Positions 13,034 through 23,089 of a stretch of DNA of 64,000 nt are shown piece by piece. The first letter of the stretch is position 1, and the number at the start of each line of letters is the position of its first letter. This stretch comes from Sedimentisphaerales bacterium (lineage in GTDB: Bacteria; Planctomycetota; Phycisphaerae; Sedimentisphaerales; SM23-30), in assembly GCA_963663965.2 (NCBI GenBank), contig CAXXFK010000024.1:32001-96000 (forward strand), written 5' to 3'. The translations under genes and the position numbers were made by a program. The notes beneath the pieces are model-generated. The model searched no databases. It saw only the letters and a program-made list of their open reading frames with translations, and was not told the DNA's origin.

Positions 13034-16000
13034 TCAATAAGCCGGGATCAATTCCAATTCGGCCATACTGGCCCATTTTTGCCCTTCGAATCCATTGAGG
13101 GCCACAAAGCGAATATATCCGGCCTGAACAGGTTGTACAAAAAGAACTTCTTTCGTTTTGGCATTCCGAGGGAACCGGCCCTGCGCCAGGCATGGATTCC
13201 AGTTTTGTCCATCCATGCTGATATAGAATTCGTAAGTGGCTACATAACCATTGACGCCGTCAGACCGGGGCACATAACGGAATCCTTTAAAGGTTCTGGT
13301 GCCGGCCAGTTTAATCTGAATTTCATGGGGATAATTTTTTTCGGGCAATTTATCCGTAATCGCAAACGTACCGGGACTGCTATAGGCGGTATGCCAGATG
13401 GTTTGCGGATCATCATCAATCGCCTTGTCCGGTTCGTTGCCATTTTCGTAACTATCGCATAGAACAATACTGGCGCCTGTCATTAAGGATGGTTTTTTAA
13501 AAAGAGAGGCTATGAATTCAGCAGATAGTTCAACTGTAGGATTAAAGGAAGGACCGGCAATGTAGCCCCTTAGACTATGAAGTAGTTGTTGGGAGGCGGG
13601 ACGGTTTTGCTGGTTTGTATTAAAATCAATACTGGCCATAAGCAATTTGCCCCCGGCAACTTTCGCTTCAAAGATTGTACCCAGTTTCAAGCAGCGATCA
13701 TAGGTGTCGATCACTTGCAGCGTAGGAGTCAGGTCTGGGGTCGCCTGATCCAGCATCATCGTGCGGGAATGGTTAATAATATGCCACCATTGCCAATTGG
13801 TGTAGAATTCAGTTGGAAAGTCTTTGAACATAGGATGTTTATCTTGAATCAGGGCCCCCATGGTCATGGGCTCCCAGCGAAACATAATGGGATTCCAGAA
13901 ATGGTTCTGAAAAGATCCCTGTTTCCCTTCGATTTTCCGGATGTCAGGCAGCAACAGCACATTCCGGCCGGCATTCAGGCCGGTTATTGCCTCTTCGAGA
14001 GTATCTGCTTCGACAAAGCTGTTATGATCGATGGGAGTATGGTCTCTGGGATAGACCCAGATCTCCCAGGAATTTCTGATATCCTGACCGACATGAATTG
14101 TCAGCGTCAGTTTGTTCGGTATCTTGATGGCATTGAAGGATATAGACAGGTGGCCCAGAGATGATACAGTAGAAACGGAAATAGTCGTTTCAGGAAGCAC
14201 TCCAGTTCTAATTATGGAACCTGAAGTATCTGTCAGAGTCCAATGAGGTATCAGGTTTTTTAAAGGCTGATTATAATAATGATAGATTTCGATATCCGCC
14301 TCGAAGGTCTCATCGTAATAATATTCTCGTTTATGAAATTTAGCCAAGGGGACGATTGGGCCGCAGAATTGGCGGAATTGTTCAGGAGAGATGATTCCCT
14401 TTGAATCCCAGAACGGATCCAGAAGTCCAACCAGCGCAGTGCCCTGGCCGGGGAAATCATGCAGGTCGAGGAGTTGAAAACCACCACATTGGGAAGTTCG
14501 CAACAAGGCTTCGATACTTTCTTTGTAGAGAAACGCGGTCATCTGGCCGGAAGCACGGTAAAAATCATCCGCCTGATGGAGCATATGGTGCTGTTGCAGG
14601 GCCTGCTTGAATTTCTGAAAATTGCGGGGATAGAGAACACCAGTATATTTGTCGATTTCTTTAAAATTGGGATAAACGGCCCGCTGACCGACCTCATGGG
14701 CCACACCGGGAACCTTTAAAATCTGGTAAGCGGCATTTAAATCATAATCCGTCTGAGGACCACGCGCTCCATAAGTGGTCATACCACCGGCATCATTGCG
14801 GTGTGACACATAGTATTCATCCTCAGTCAGGTGCTTACGAGCAGTAGCGCCGCTATATAGATGGCGGGGATCAATAGCTTTACCTTGTTGAATTAAACCG
14901 GCCAGATAATCAAAATCACCCCTGAGTTCATTGCCCATACACAACTGAACAAATGAAGGATGATTGCCATAGGACTTTAAGATACGGTCCATTTCCTGGC
15001 GATAGAACCCATTAAGCATATCGTTATTGCCCACTTCTGTCCAGCAAGGCAGCTCAGGTTGGAGATAGATGCCCACCTGATCCGCGGCCCGAAAAGCCGC
15101 TTCGGGCGGACACCAGGAATGAAATCGTATATGATTCAGACCATAACTTTTGACGATTTGACAGATACGCAGCCAGCCTGATTCAGTCATATTCGCATAG
15201 CCGGTCAGGGGGAATATGGCACATTCGAGAGTGCCGCGTAAGGCGATTTTACGGCCGTTGATCGTAAAATGATGATCATCGGTGCCATAATGTCGCATTC
15301 CAAAATTAAGCGTCCGAGTATCTGAATAGGTGTCATCCCCTGATTGCACGGAAAGACAGGCTGAGAGTTCATACAAATCGGGAGCGAATTCGTCCCAAAG
15401 GAGACAAGTATCTCCCATTGGCAACTGGATAGTTACCTGAGCAGATGTTTCAGTGATGGGAACTGATATTTGTGGAGTGTTTATTGGTTTTTCAGGATTC
15501 AAAGAGTGGGCCTGGAGGATTATCTGGCCGGTAAACTGCAAACCGGCCATATTGGATAGATCGCAAACAATCCGGGCCGATTTCGAGGCGGGATCGGGAT
15601 AGATTTGGATATCATTAAAGGCCACGGGATCGGTTGCAATTAATTCAATCCGTCCGACGATTCCGTTCCATGCCGTCTGGGTATATTCGGAGAAAGCATG
15701 GCACCAGCGATCAAATTCAGCGGGTACCCGGTTATCAATACAAATAGCCAGGGTATGACGGCCGGGTGTCAGGACATCAGTCAGTTGATAGATATGGGGG
15801 GTACTGAAACTTTTATCTTCACCGACCAGATCGCCATCCACATAAAGCGAAGATATCCAAAGCACACGTTCAAGCAACAGTTCGATCCTTTTGCCGGACC
15901 ATGAATCGGGGATGGTCACGATTTTCTGGTACCAGGCAGGGCCAACATATTCATAGAGGCGTGACAGGCGGTTGATCGGCGCTGACGTGGTCGCAATCCC

Positions 16001-16207
16001 TTTTTGATTGGTATCGGTAGTGCCGGGCAGGATAATGGAGTCGGCCAGGGGATCGCGATGCGCGCCGGCATTCTGAAAAGCGCGTTCAAAATCGGTGGGA
16101 TCAAGTTGAAAACCCCATTTTCCGGACAAATCCAAGGTCTGTGACCATACGACCAGCGGTAGCAAAAGCAGCATACAAACACTGGCTCTAATACTTTGAG
16201 AAAACAA
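13034..16207 (-). CDS. Secreted GH2-family glycoside hydrolase with C-terminal F5/8-type domain
   Basis: TTG start with AGGAG RBS; signal peptide; YVGPAWYQK, YGLNHIRFHSWCPP, MGNEL; F5/8 tail AIDDDPQTIWHT...ASMAELE. Substrate unknown. Confidence 0.8.
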   Translation of the reverse strand: MFSQSIRASVCMLLLLPLVVWSQTLDLSGKWGFQLDPTDFERAFQNAGAHRDPLADSIILPGTTDTNQKGIATTSAPINRLSRLYEYVGPAWYQKIVTIPDSWSGKRIELLLERVLWISSLYVDGDLVGEDKSFSTPHIYQLTDVLTPGRHTLAICIDNRVPAEFDRWCHAFSEYTQTAWNGIVGRIELIATDPVAFNDIQIYPDPASKSARIVCDLSNMAGLQFTGQIILQAHSLNPEKPINTPQISVPITETSAQVTIQLPMGDTCLLWDEFAPDLYELSACLSVQSGDDTYSDTRTLNFGMRHYGTDDHHFTINGRKIALRGTLECAIFPLTGYANMTESGWLRICQIVKSYGLNHIRFHSWCPPEAAFRAADQVGIYLQPELPCWTEVGNNDMLNGFYRQEMDRILKSYGNHPSFVQLCMGNELRGDFDYLAGLIQQGKAIDPRHLYSGATARKHLTEDEYYVSHRNDAGGMTTYGARGPQTDYDLNAAYQILKVPGVAHEVGQRAVYPNFKEIDKYTGVLYPRNFQKFKQALQQHHMLHQADDFYRASGQMTAFLYKESIEALLRTSQCGGFQLLDLHDFPGQGTALVGLLDPFWDSKGIISPEQFRQFCGPIVPLAKFHKREYYYDETFEADIEIYHYYNQPLKNLIPHWTLTDTSGSIIRTGVLPETTISVSTVSSLGHLSISFNAIKIPNKLTLTIHVGQDIRNSWEIWVYPRDHTPIDHNSFVEADTLEEAITGLNAGRNVLLLPDIRKIEGKQGSFQNHFWNPIMFRWEPMTMGALIQDKHPMFKDFPTEFYTNWQWWHIINHSRTMMLDQATPDLTPTLQVIDTYDRCLKLGTIFEAKVAGGKLLMASIDFNTNQQNRPASQQLLHSLRGYIAGPSFNPTVELSAEFIASLFKKPSLMTGASIVLCDSYENGNEPDKAIDDDPQTIWHTAYSSPGTFAITDKLPEKNYPHEIQIKLAGTRTFKGFRYVPRSDGVNGYVATYEFYISMDGQNWNPCLAQGRFPRNAKTKEVLFVQPVQAGYIRFVALNGFEGQKWASMAELELIPAY

Positions 16208-16272
16208 GATATCACTCCTGACTATGACGTGTTGAGTCGCTTCAAAGTAATCAAGTTCGACTAATGTTTAAA

Positions 16273-17301
16273 TCATACCTCCGTCCAGTCAAGCACCACT
16301 TTACAGGCATCTCTGGAACGCATGGCATCGAAGCCGAGTTGGAAATCGTTCCACGAGAACCGGTGGGTAATGAGCGGATCGACATTAAGTCCGCATTGAA
16401 TCAGCATGGTTAGCTTATACCAGGTTTCATACATTTCACGGCCGTAGATTCCTTTGATCGTCAAGCCATTGAAAATAACAAAATCCCAGTCTATTTGAGT
16501 AGGCGGTAAGATGCCCAAAAGGGCTATCTTACCGCCATGGGCCATATTTTTTATCATATCTGTCATCGCCAGCGGACTGCCTGACATTTCCATACCAACG
16601 TCAAATCCTTCTTTCATGCCCAGTTGCTGCAGTGCCTGTTCAATGCTCTGATTGCGTACGTCGAGCGTGAGTGTCGCACCCATTTTTCTGGCGAGTTCCA
16701 GCCGGTAAGGATTGATATCCGTCACAACGATATGACGCGCACCAACCTGACGAGCGATTCCAACAGCCATGCAACCAATCGGTCCGGCACCGGTAATGAG
16801 GACATCTTCGCCAACAAGATTGTATGACAGCGCAGTATGGACGGCATTGCCCAGCGGATCGAAGCAACTCAATATATCAGTGGAGATCGTCTTATCGCAA
16901 TACCACAAATTGGTTACTGGAACCGAGATAAACTCCGCATAAGCGCCATCCCGGTTTACTCCGATTCCTTTGGGGCTATGACACAGGTGTCGTCGGCCGG
17001 CCAGGCAGTTGCGGCAGCGACCACAGACGACATGCCCTTCGGCATTGACCAGATCGCCAATTTTAAAGTCTTTGACATTGGAGCCCATTTCGACGATCCG
17101 GCCGACGAATTCATGGCCGATCACCGTGGGAACTTTTATGGTTTTTCGCGCCCACTCATCCCAGTTATAGATATGGACATCGGTGCCACAGATCGAGGTT
17201 TTTTCCACCTTGACCAGAACATCGTTTATGCCAATTTGAGGGACTGGAACATCCTCCAGCCACAAGCCTTCCTGAGCTTTGCTTTTTACCAGCGCCTTCA
17301 T
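16273..17301 (-). CDS. tdh: L-threonine 3-dehydrogenase
   Basis: [33 protein letters not shown]n motif, [21 protein letters not shown]. Confidence 0.95.
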   Translation of the reverse strand: MKALVKSKAQEGLWLEDVPVPQIGINDVLVKVEKTSICGTDVHIYNWDEWARKTIKVPTVIGHEFVGRIVEMGSNVKDFKIGDLVNAEGHVVCGRCRNCLAGRRHLCHSPKGIGVNRDGAYAEFISVPVTNLWYCDKTISTDILSCFDPLGNAVHTALSYNLVGEDVLITGAGPIGCMAVGIARQVGARHIVVTDINPYRLELARKMGATLTLDVRNQSIEQALQQLGMKEGFDVGMEMSGSPLAMTDMIKNMAHGGKIALLGILPPTQIDWDFVIFNGLTIKGIYGREMYETWYKLTMLIQCGLNVDPLITHRFSWNDFQLGFDAMRSRDACKVVLDWTEV

Positions 17302-17390
17302 AGTTACCTCATATTATGGTGTTTTTAACATTGAAATTATAGCTTGGCGATTATCCTATAGGTTTACTTCGCTTCAGGCAAGGCTCATAA

Positions 17391-18059
17391 TCACAAAAAC
17401 CGCAATAAACCAAACGAATCCGGGCGATGAAAATCCGGCGTTGAACAGGATACGGGCGACCAGGTGAGCCAATGGGGTTGGCTGGTTTCGTCGGCACATT
17501 TGTAAAAATTACCGCGCCAACAGTCGCCGGATTCGGGAATCTCAAAATGATAGTATTTTTGTAATAGCCTGAACGGTATTAAAAAAACCAGAGTCCAGGT
17601 TAACGGTGTTTCGATTTCTTTTGGGATGGATTTATGCGGTATGCTGGAGACAATCATCATTTGGGTATTATCTTGCGGATCCACATAACGTATCTGTGTC
17701 AAAGGGGCAGTTTGATGACGTAATAGTGCAATCCCACAGCAATTGATTTCCAGATTAAAATAAGCGGTTCCGGGTGCAGAATCGGGAGTAAAGAAAAATT
17801 CGACACAGCTATCTTTCCAGACTTCGCCGTTAATTTGCGTTGCCACTGCCCGGACAAATTGATCCTGGACCTGAAAAATCCCCATTAATCCGTCCGCCGC
17901 ATATGCCAACCGGGCCTGAGTAACCGGTCGATGGATCGGCGGCTTACCTTGGAAATGGGTGATATTCAACACTGGAATATCTTGCCAGAGAGGATGGTCC
18001 CAGTCTGCCTTTAAGAGACCGTGTTTGTCAACGGGATGGATGTAATAAGTTTCCGGCAT
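17391..18059 (-). CDS. Carbohydrate-binding family 9-like (DOMON-like) protein
   Basis: VWKDSCVEFF, YFNLEIN, WRGNFYKCADETSQPHWLTW, PDFHRPDSFG. Start placed at 18059, overlapping the fucosidase stop (TGATG). Confidence 0.75.
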   Translation of the reverse strand: MPETYYIHPVDKHGLLKADWDHPLWQDIPVLNITHFQGKPPIHRPVTQARLAYAADGLMGIFQVQDQFVRAVATQINGEVWKDSCVEFFFTPDSAPGTAYFNLEINCCGIALLRHQTAPLTQIRYVDPQDNTQMMIVSSIPHKSIPKEIETPLTWTLVFLIPFRLLQKYYHFEIPESGDCWRGNFYKCADETSQPHWLTWSPVSCSTPDFHRPDSFGLLRFL

Positions 18060-19531
18060 CAATATTCCGAAGCGTGAGTATCGAGAAATATTCCAATTTT
18101 TTTCAGGATCGGGCAATCGGTTGCCTGTTTAATAGAAATCCGCAACCGACTGGTAGTGACCACGGGAAAACGAAGTAGACGTTTATAACCGATGGTAGTC
18201 GCTGAGGTAATTTCCTGCCATTTCTGACCATCAAATTGTTCAACCGAAAAAGACTCAACACGCTGCCCTTGTCGGATTTCTTCCTGAATCATTAACACAT
18301 TAAAGGTCTGGGCTGTGGGCCATTCCAGTTCAATCTCTGCCTGGCGGGCTGAATCTTCCGCCGCCCAGAAAGTCGCATTATCTTCATCAATCAGATGAAT
18401 TGGCTGGAAAGCATTTCCAGATCGGGACTGCGTGGCAGACAACTGGGCCATTTGAGCCAGATCCTCTTTGAAAATCGCATCCAGTCGCTTGCGAAAGGCC
18501 AGCAGCGTTTTGACATCGTTTTCGTGGATTAATCCGCGCCGATCCGGCGGCACATTAAGCAAAAACAGACCGTTACGCCCTACCGAATCAAAGTAGATGT
18601 CCAAGAGTTGTTCAACGGTTTTCACCTTGTCATCCTGGGAGGTATGATAAAACCAGCCGGGGCGGATCGACACATCGCATTCGGCCGGCACCCAGTCGGC
18701 TCCCTCTTTCATGCCGGTATTGAGTATTTTAACATTCGCCTTGCCCGGAGCAAAATCAGTACGATTGATCATGGACCAGCAGGTTTCACCGGCATAACCG
18801 TGTTCGTTACCCACCCAGCGGCAGTCGGGCCCATCGTCGGCAAACATACAGGCGTTGGGTTGCAATTTCCGAACCAATGAGCGATAGGTCACAAAATCGT
18901 AAACTTGTTTTTTTCGTAACGGGCTGTTTTCGCCGGGAGCGCCATCGAACCAGACCTCGGCGATCGGACCATAATGGGTCAGCAATTCGGTTATCTGGTT
19001 GGTGTAAAACTTATTGTATCGGGGCGAATCGCCATAACTGGGTTCATGCCGGTCCCAGGGGGAGATATAGACCCCGAATTCCAGACCGACTTCTTTACAG
19101 GCGGCGGCCAGTTCACCCACAATATCGCCCTGTCCGTTTTTATAGGGGCTGTTTTTGATACAGTAATCGGTATATTGGCTGGGCCAGAGACAAAAGCCAT
19201 CGTGATGCTTGGCAGTGATAATCACCAGTTTCATTCCGGCCGCCTTGAAGGTTTTAGCCCATTGGCGAGTATCCAGCTGAGTAGGATTGAACTGAGACGG
19301 CGGGTCAGTGCCTTCCCCCCATTCCCGGTCGGTAAAGGTATTCATGCCAAAATGGACAAATGCGGTAAATTCACGCTCCTGCCAGCGCAACTGGCGGGGA
19401 TGAGGCAGGACATGTTTTTGAGTGCCGAGTACAGGCCAGACGGGCCTTTCGGATTTATCGTTGTCGGCAGCCCCCACTGGTATCGACAACATCAGGGTCA
19501 GGAAAGAAAGTGTGATTAGACTTCTAAGCAT
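18059..19531 (-). CDS. Alpha-L-fucosidase (GH29) with C-terminal F5/8-type domain
   Basis: Signal peptide; FVHFGMNTF, KHHDGFCLWPS, WFDGA (nucleophile Asp), SIRPGWFYH, SVGRNG. Confidence 0.9.
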   Translation of the reverse strand: MLRSLITLSFLTLMLSIPVGAADNDKSERPVWPVLGTQKHVLPHPRQLRWQEREFTAFVHFGMNTFTDREWGEGTDPPSQFNPTQLDTRQWAKTFKAAGMKLVIITAKHHDGFCLWPSQYTDYCIKNSPYKNGQGDIVGELAAACKEVGLEFGVYISPWDRHEPSYGDSPRYNKFYTNQITELLTHYGPIAEVWFDGAPGENSPLRKKQVYDFVTYRSLVRKLQPNACMFADDGPDCRWVGNEHGYAGETCWSMINRTDFAPGKANVKILNTGMKEGADWVPAECDVSIRPGWFYHTSQDDKVKTVEQLLDIYFDSVGRNGLFLLNVPPDRRGLIHENDVKTLLAFRKRLDAIFKEDLAQMAQLSATQSRSGNAFQPIHLIDEDNATFWAAEDSARQAEIELEWPTAQTFNVLMIQEEIRQGQRVESFSVEQFDGQKWQEITSATTIGYKRLLRFPVVTTSRLRISIKQATDCPILKKIGIFLDTHASEY

Positions 19532-19546
19532 ATGACACCTTCCTGG

Positions 19547-21811
19547 TTATTCGGTTTCGACTCCGATTTTACTGAAACTACGGAACAGAATGAAAATGGT
19601 AACAAGAACCACTGCGATCAGAATGAATCCCCAGATCAGGTTGCCGTACACGAAATTACCAACGGCAAACAGCGAAGAGTAAATGGCGACACATCCCAGA
19701 AACACACAGAGAACCTGAATGGGGAGTTTCCAGTCACTAATGGCGTTTTTGGTGTCGATTTCTTCACCGTCCGCGCGGGCTTCCAAAACAACTTTACACC
19801 AGCCGGGGCCGCCCGGATGGCAGAGACGATAGAAATTACGCAAGGTTTTTTTGTCCACGGGCGGGGTAATAAAGGTGGTTAGCAACCAGGTAATGGTCAC
19901 CAATATCACACAAACGAGCAACTGGACAGGGAATTTGAGGCCGAGAATATCAGGATGGTAAATATAAATTTTACCCTTAGCGATGATGCCACCAAAATCG
20001 ACCGCAATATCATCAATCGTTTTAGGATCGAGTTTCAGCCGGACGCGCCGGTTGTTGGTCCGCTCCAACTCTGCCTGTATCTGCTGTTTGCGGAAATCTT
20101 CCAGAGCTGGCTTCCAAGTGGCATCGGGCAATCCCTCTACAAGAACCGGAATAGCAGCGGCCTGAGTGGTATCATTGAGCTGCTCATGTTTGGCATCATA
20201 CTCAGCGCGGGCAGCGTCACGTGCAGCATCGCTTTCTTTAGAGGCCTGGCGCCACTTATCCACGAGTTGACTCAACTCCTCTTCATATTGTTTGATTGTC
20301 TTATCGGCCGCAGCAACTTGAGCCGATACCTGTTCTATCGTCTGGGGATCATCAATCACAAATACCTGCTGGCGTACAGAACTGCTGCCGACATACCAGG
20401 CCAAGGTACCCTGATCACCCACCCCAAGTACAATCCAGAAGGCAACAGCAGTGGCCACGACCATCGCGGCAATTTCGGTCCAGGCGTTGATACGCCACCA
20501 GAACCAGCGCAGGATATAGATCGCGCCGGTACCGGCGCCGGAGAGCAGCAGGATCTGGAAGGCCTGATAGGCATTTTTCAGAAAGGTCAGCGAGAAGAAA
20601 CCGGCCAGCACCATGAGCATAACGGTGCAGAAACGGGCAGCGGTTACCAGTTCTTTTTCACTGGCGTCTTTACGCAGAAATCGTTTGTAAAAATCGTTCA
20701 CTGCATATGAGGATCCCCAGTTGAGATGGGTGCCGATGGTGGACATGTAGGCCGCTATCAACGACGCCACCACCAGTCCCAGCAGTCCGGAGCCCAGCCG
20801 TGAAATCATCACTGGATAGGCGATATCCGGCTTGAGATATTCAGGATCAATTCCCGGAAACGCAGATTTGATACTGTCAAGAGTTGGATAACATACCATC
20901 GACGCCAGCGCGACGATAATCCAGGGCCAGGGGCGTATGGCGTAATGCATGAAATTAAAAAACAGCGTCGCACCGATCGCATTCTTTTCATCTTTGGCCG
21001 CCAGCATGCGCTGGGCGATATAGCCGCCGCCTCCCGGCTCGGCACCCGGATACCAGACCGCCCACCATTGCACGGCCACCGGAATCAGCAGCAGAGGCAC
21101 CCAGGCCAGCCAGTTGGAAAAGTCGGGCATCCAACTGAGTTTTTCAATGACGGCGGAATGGGTCAGTAAGCCGCTCAGGCCGTGCACTTCAGGCTGCTGA
21201 CACGCAACGACGGCTGCGTAAACCGCGCCGAACATAGCGATCGAATACTGGAAAAAGTCGGCCCAGATACAGCTTTTGATACCGCCGGCCGTGGCGTAGA
21301 TGACCACGCATAACGAGCCGAGAACCACCGTCCAGAAAGGATTAAGATCGAAAATAACCTGGCCGATTTTAATGGCCGCCAGCGTCACCGATCCCATAAT
21401 CAGACAGTTAAAAAAAACGCCCAGATACAGCGAGCGAAAACCGCGAATAAACGCGGCGCTCTTGCCGCTGTAACGCAATTCATAAAATTCCAGATCGGTC
21501 ATGACTTTGGAACGGCGCCAGAGCTGAGCGTAAATAAAGACGGTTACCATACCAGTGATGAGGAACGCCCACCATCCCCAGTTTGCGACAACTCCACCAG
21601 CACGAACCATATCGGTCACGAGATTGGGAGTATCACAGGAAAATGTGCATGCCACCATGGAAACGCCCAGCAGCCACCAGGGCATGCTGCGCCCCCCCAG
21701 AAAAAACTCGGCTGAACTGCTGCCGGCTTTTTTGGAAACCAATACTCCAATCGACAAAATTGCCAGAAAAAAAGCACAAATTATCATCCAGTCAATCGGA
21801 TGTAAGCCCAT
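19547..21811 (-). CDS. Sodium:solute symporter (SSS) family sugar transporter with a large soluble insertion
   Basis: Start MGLHPIDW (AGGAG RBS); FFLGGRSMPWW, GGGGYIAQRMLAAKDE, AAYMSTIGTHLNWGSSY, WWRINAWTEI. Confidence 0.85.
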   Translation of the reverse strand: MGLHPIDWMIICAFFLAILSIGVLVSKKAGSSSAEFFLGGRSMPWWLLGVSMVACTFSCDTPNLVTDMVRAGGVVANWGWWAFLITGMVTVFIYAQLWRRSKVMTDLEFYELRYSGKSAAFIRGFRSLYLGVFFNCLIMGSVTLAAIKIGQVIFDLNPFWTVVLGSLCVVIYATAGGIKSCIWADFFQYSIAMFGAVYAAVVACQQPEVHGLSGLLTHSAVIEKLSWMPDFSNWLAWVPLLLIPVAVQWWAVWYPGAEPGGGGYIAQRMLAAKDEKNAIGATLFFNFMHYAIRPWPWIIVALASMVCYPTLDSIKSAFPGIDPEYLKPDIAYPVMISRLGSGLLGLVVASLIAAYMSTIGTHLNWGSSYAVNDFYKRFLRKDASEKELVTAARFCTVMLMVLAGFFSLTFLKNAYQAFQILLLSGAGTGAIYILRWFWWRINAWTEIAAMVVATAVAFWIVLGVGDQGTLAWYVGSSSVRQQVFVIDDPQTIEQVSAQVAAADKTIKQYEEELSQLVDKWRQASKESDAARDAARAEYDAKHEQLNDTTQAAAIPVLVEGLPDATWKPALEDFRKQQIQAELERTNNRRVRLKLDPKTIDDIAVDFGGIIAKGKIYIYHPDILGLKFPVQLLVCVILVTITWLLTTFITPPVDKKTLRNFYRLCHPGGPGWCKVVLEARADGEEIDTKNAISDWKLPIQVLCVFLGCVAIYSSLFAVGNFVYGNLIWGFILIAVVLVTIFILFRSFSKIGVETE

Positions 21812-21884
21812 AGAGTCACTCCTGTTTATGGTAGTCGTAAGGTCTTCAAGAAGGTCCGTTGAAAGCAATCCTGCTAACCAGAGT

Positions 21885-23075
21885 TTAATTTATTGGTAAA
21901 TCGGACGAAGCGTTTTTCTTTTTGAGATTATCACTCTTTTCTTGCCGATCCTCCACATTCACAGGAACAATCTGGCTATGAATCCGTTCGACCTGCCGGT
22001 TCATGATATCTTCATGGTCGATAATCGACTGAACCAGTTTGAACTGGGCGCGGCAACGTTGCAGGTTGTGGCCTTCATGGTGGATTTTGTAATAACGGTC
22101 GCCAGCCAGATAGTCGGTCAGGAAACGAGTCCCGATAATCAAAGTCAGTAATTTGCCGCCAAACACCAGATATTCGACTTCGGTTCGGTTAAGTCCGCCG
22201 CCGGCACCGGCCAGAAAACCTTTGACAATCGCGCCAAACCGTTCCATATCCACGCAAATCTTGGATAGATCCGTTTCATCTTCGGCGGCAGAACTGACCG
22301 TAGTCCGGACGATATCGCCAAAATCGTATAAGGAGACGCCGGGCATGGTCGTATCCAGATCGAGAACACAGACTCCTTCGCCAGAACGGTCATCCAACAG
22401 GACATTATTAATTTTGGTATCGTTATGAGTAGTACGTAACGGAATCGCACCCGATTCCAGCAACTGCGGCACCACTTCAAAGGTGGCCTCCTGTTCCTGC
22501 AGGAATTCGATTTCTTTATAGGCCTTACGGGCTCGATTACAAGGGTCTTTTTCGAGAACTTCCATAAAATCACGGTAACGTTTGGGACCGTTGTGAAAAT
22601 CTGGAATCGTTTCATGGAGTTTCGGTTGAGGCAAATCGCCAAGTAACGTCTGAAATTCACCGAAGGCTTTGGCCGCCTGATAAGCCTGGTCAAGTGACTG
22701 GAGCACATCCCAGGTTCGGGCACGGTCAATAAACTCAAATCCGCGCCAGAAATTACCCTCTTCATCCTGATAGCAGAACCGATCATCCCGGGTGGGAATC
22801 GCGGTCAGCACCCGACGATGAATATCGTCAGGATAACGATGGGCCAGTTTAACACGCAGATGATTGGTCACTCTGACAATATTGTCCATCATTTTCAGCG
22901 GTTCACGGAACACCTCATGATTGATACGCTGTATCACGGTTTTACCATTATGCGAATTCAATTGATAGTCTATCAAGTAAGTATCATTGATATGGCCCGT
23001 TCCGTACGATCTGGCTTCAATAAATTCACCAGGCATATTAAAATGATCAACAATTTTCTTCAAATTCGATTTCAT
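21885..23075 (-). CDS. APH-fold phosphotransferase, N-acetylhexosamine 1-kinase (NahK)-like
   Basis: GHINDTY, QRIN, LHETIPDFH, HNDTKINN, LDLDT, RFLTDYL. The HexNAc gene context supports a sugar-kinase role. Confidence 0.75.
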   Translation of the reverse strand: MKSNLKKIVDHFNMPGEFIEARSYGTGHINDTYLIDYQLNSHNGKTVIQRINHEVFREPLKMMDNIVRVTNHLRVKLAHRYPDDIHRRVLTAIPTRDDRFCYQDEEGNFWRGFEFIDRARTWDVLQSLDQAYQAAKAFGEFQTLLGDLPQPKLHETIPDFHNGPKRYRDFMEVLEKDPCNRARKAYKEIEFLQEQEATFEVVPQLLESGAIPLRTTHNDTKINNVLLDDRSGEGVCVLDLDTTMPGVSLYDFGDIVRTTVSSAAEDETDLSKICVDMERFGAIVKGFLAGAGGGLNRTEVEYLVFGGKLLTLIIGTRFLTDYLAGDRYYKIHHEGHNLQRCRAQFKLVQSIIDHEDIMNRQVERIHSQIVPVNVEDRQEKSDNLKKKNASSDLPIN

Positions 23076-23089
23076 GTCTTCTCCAACGC

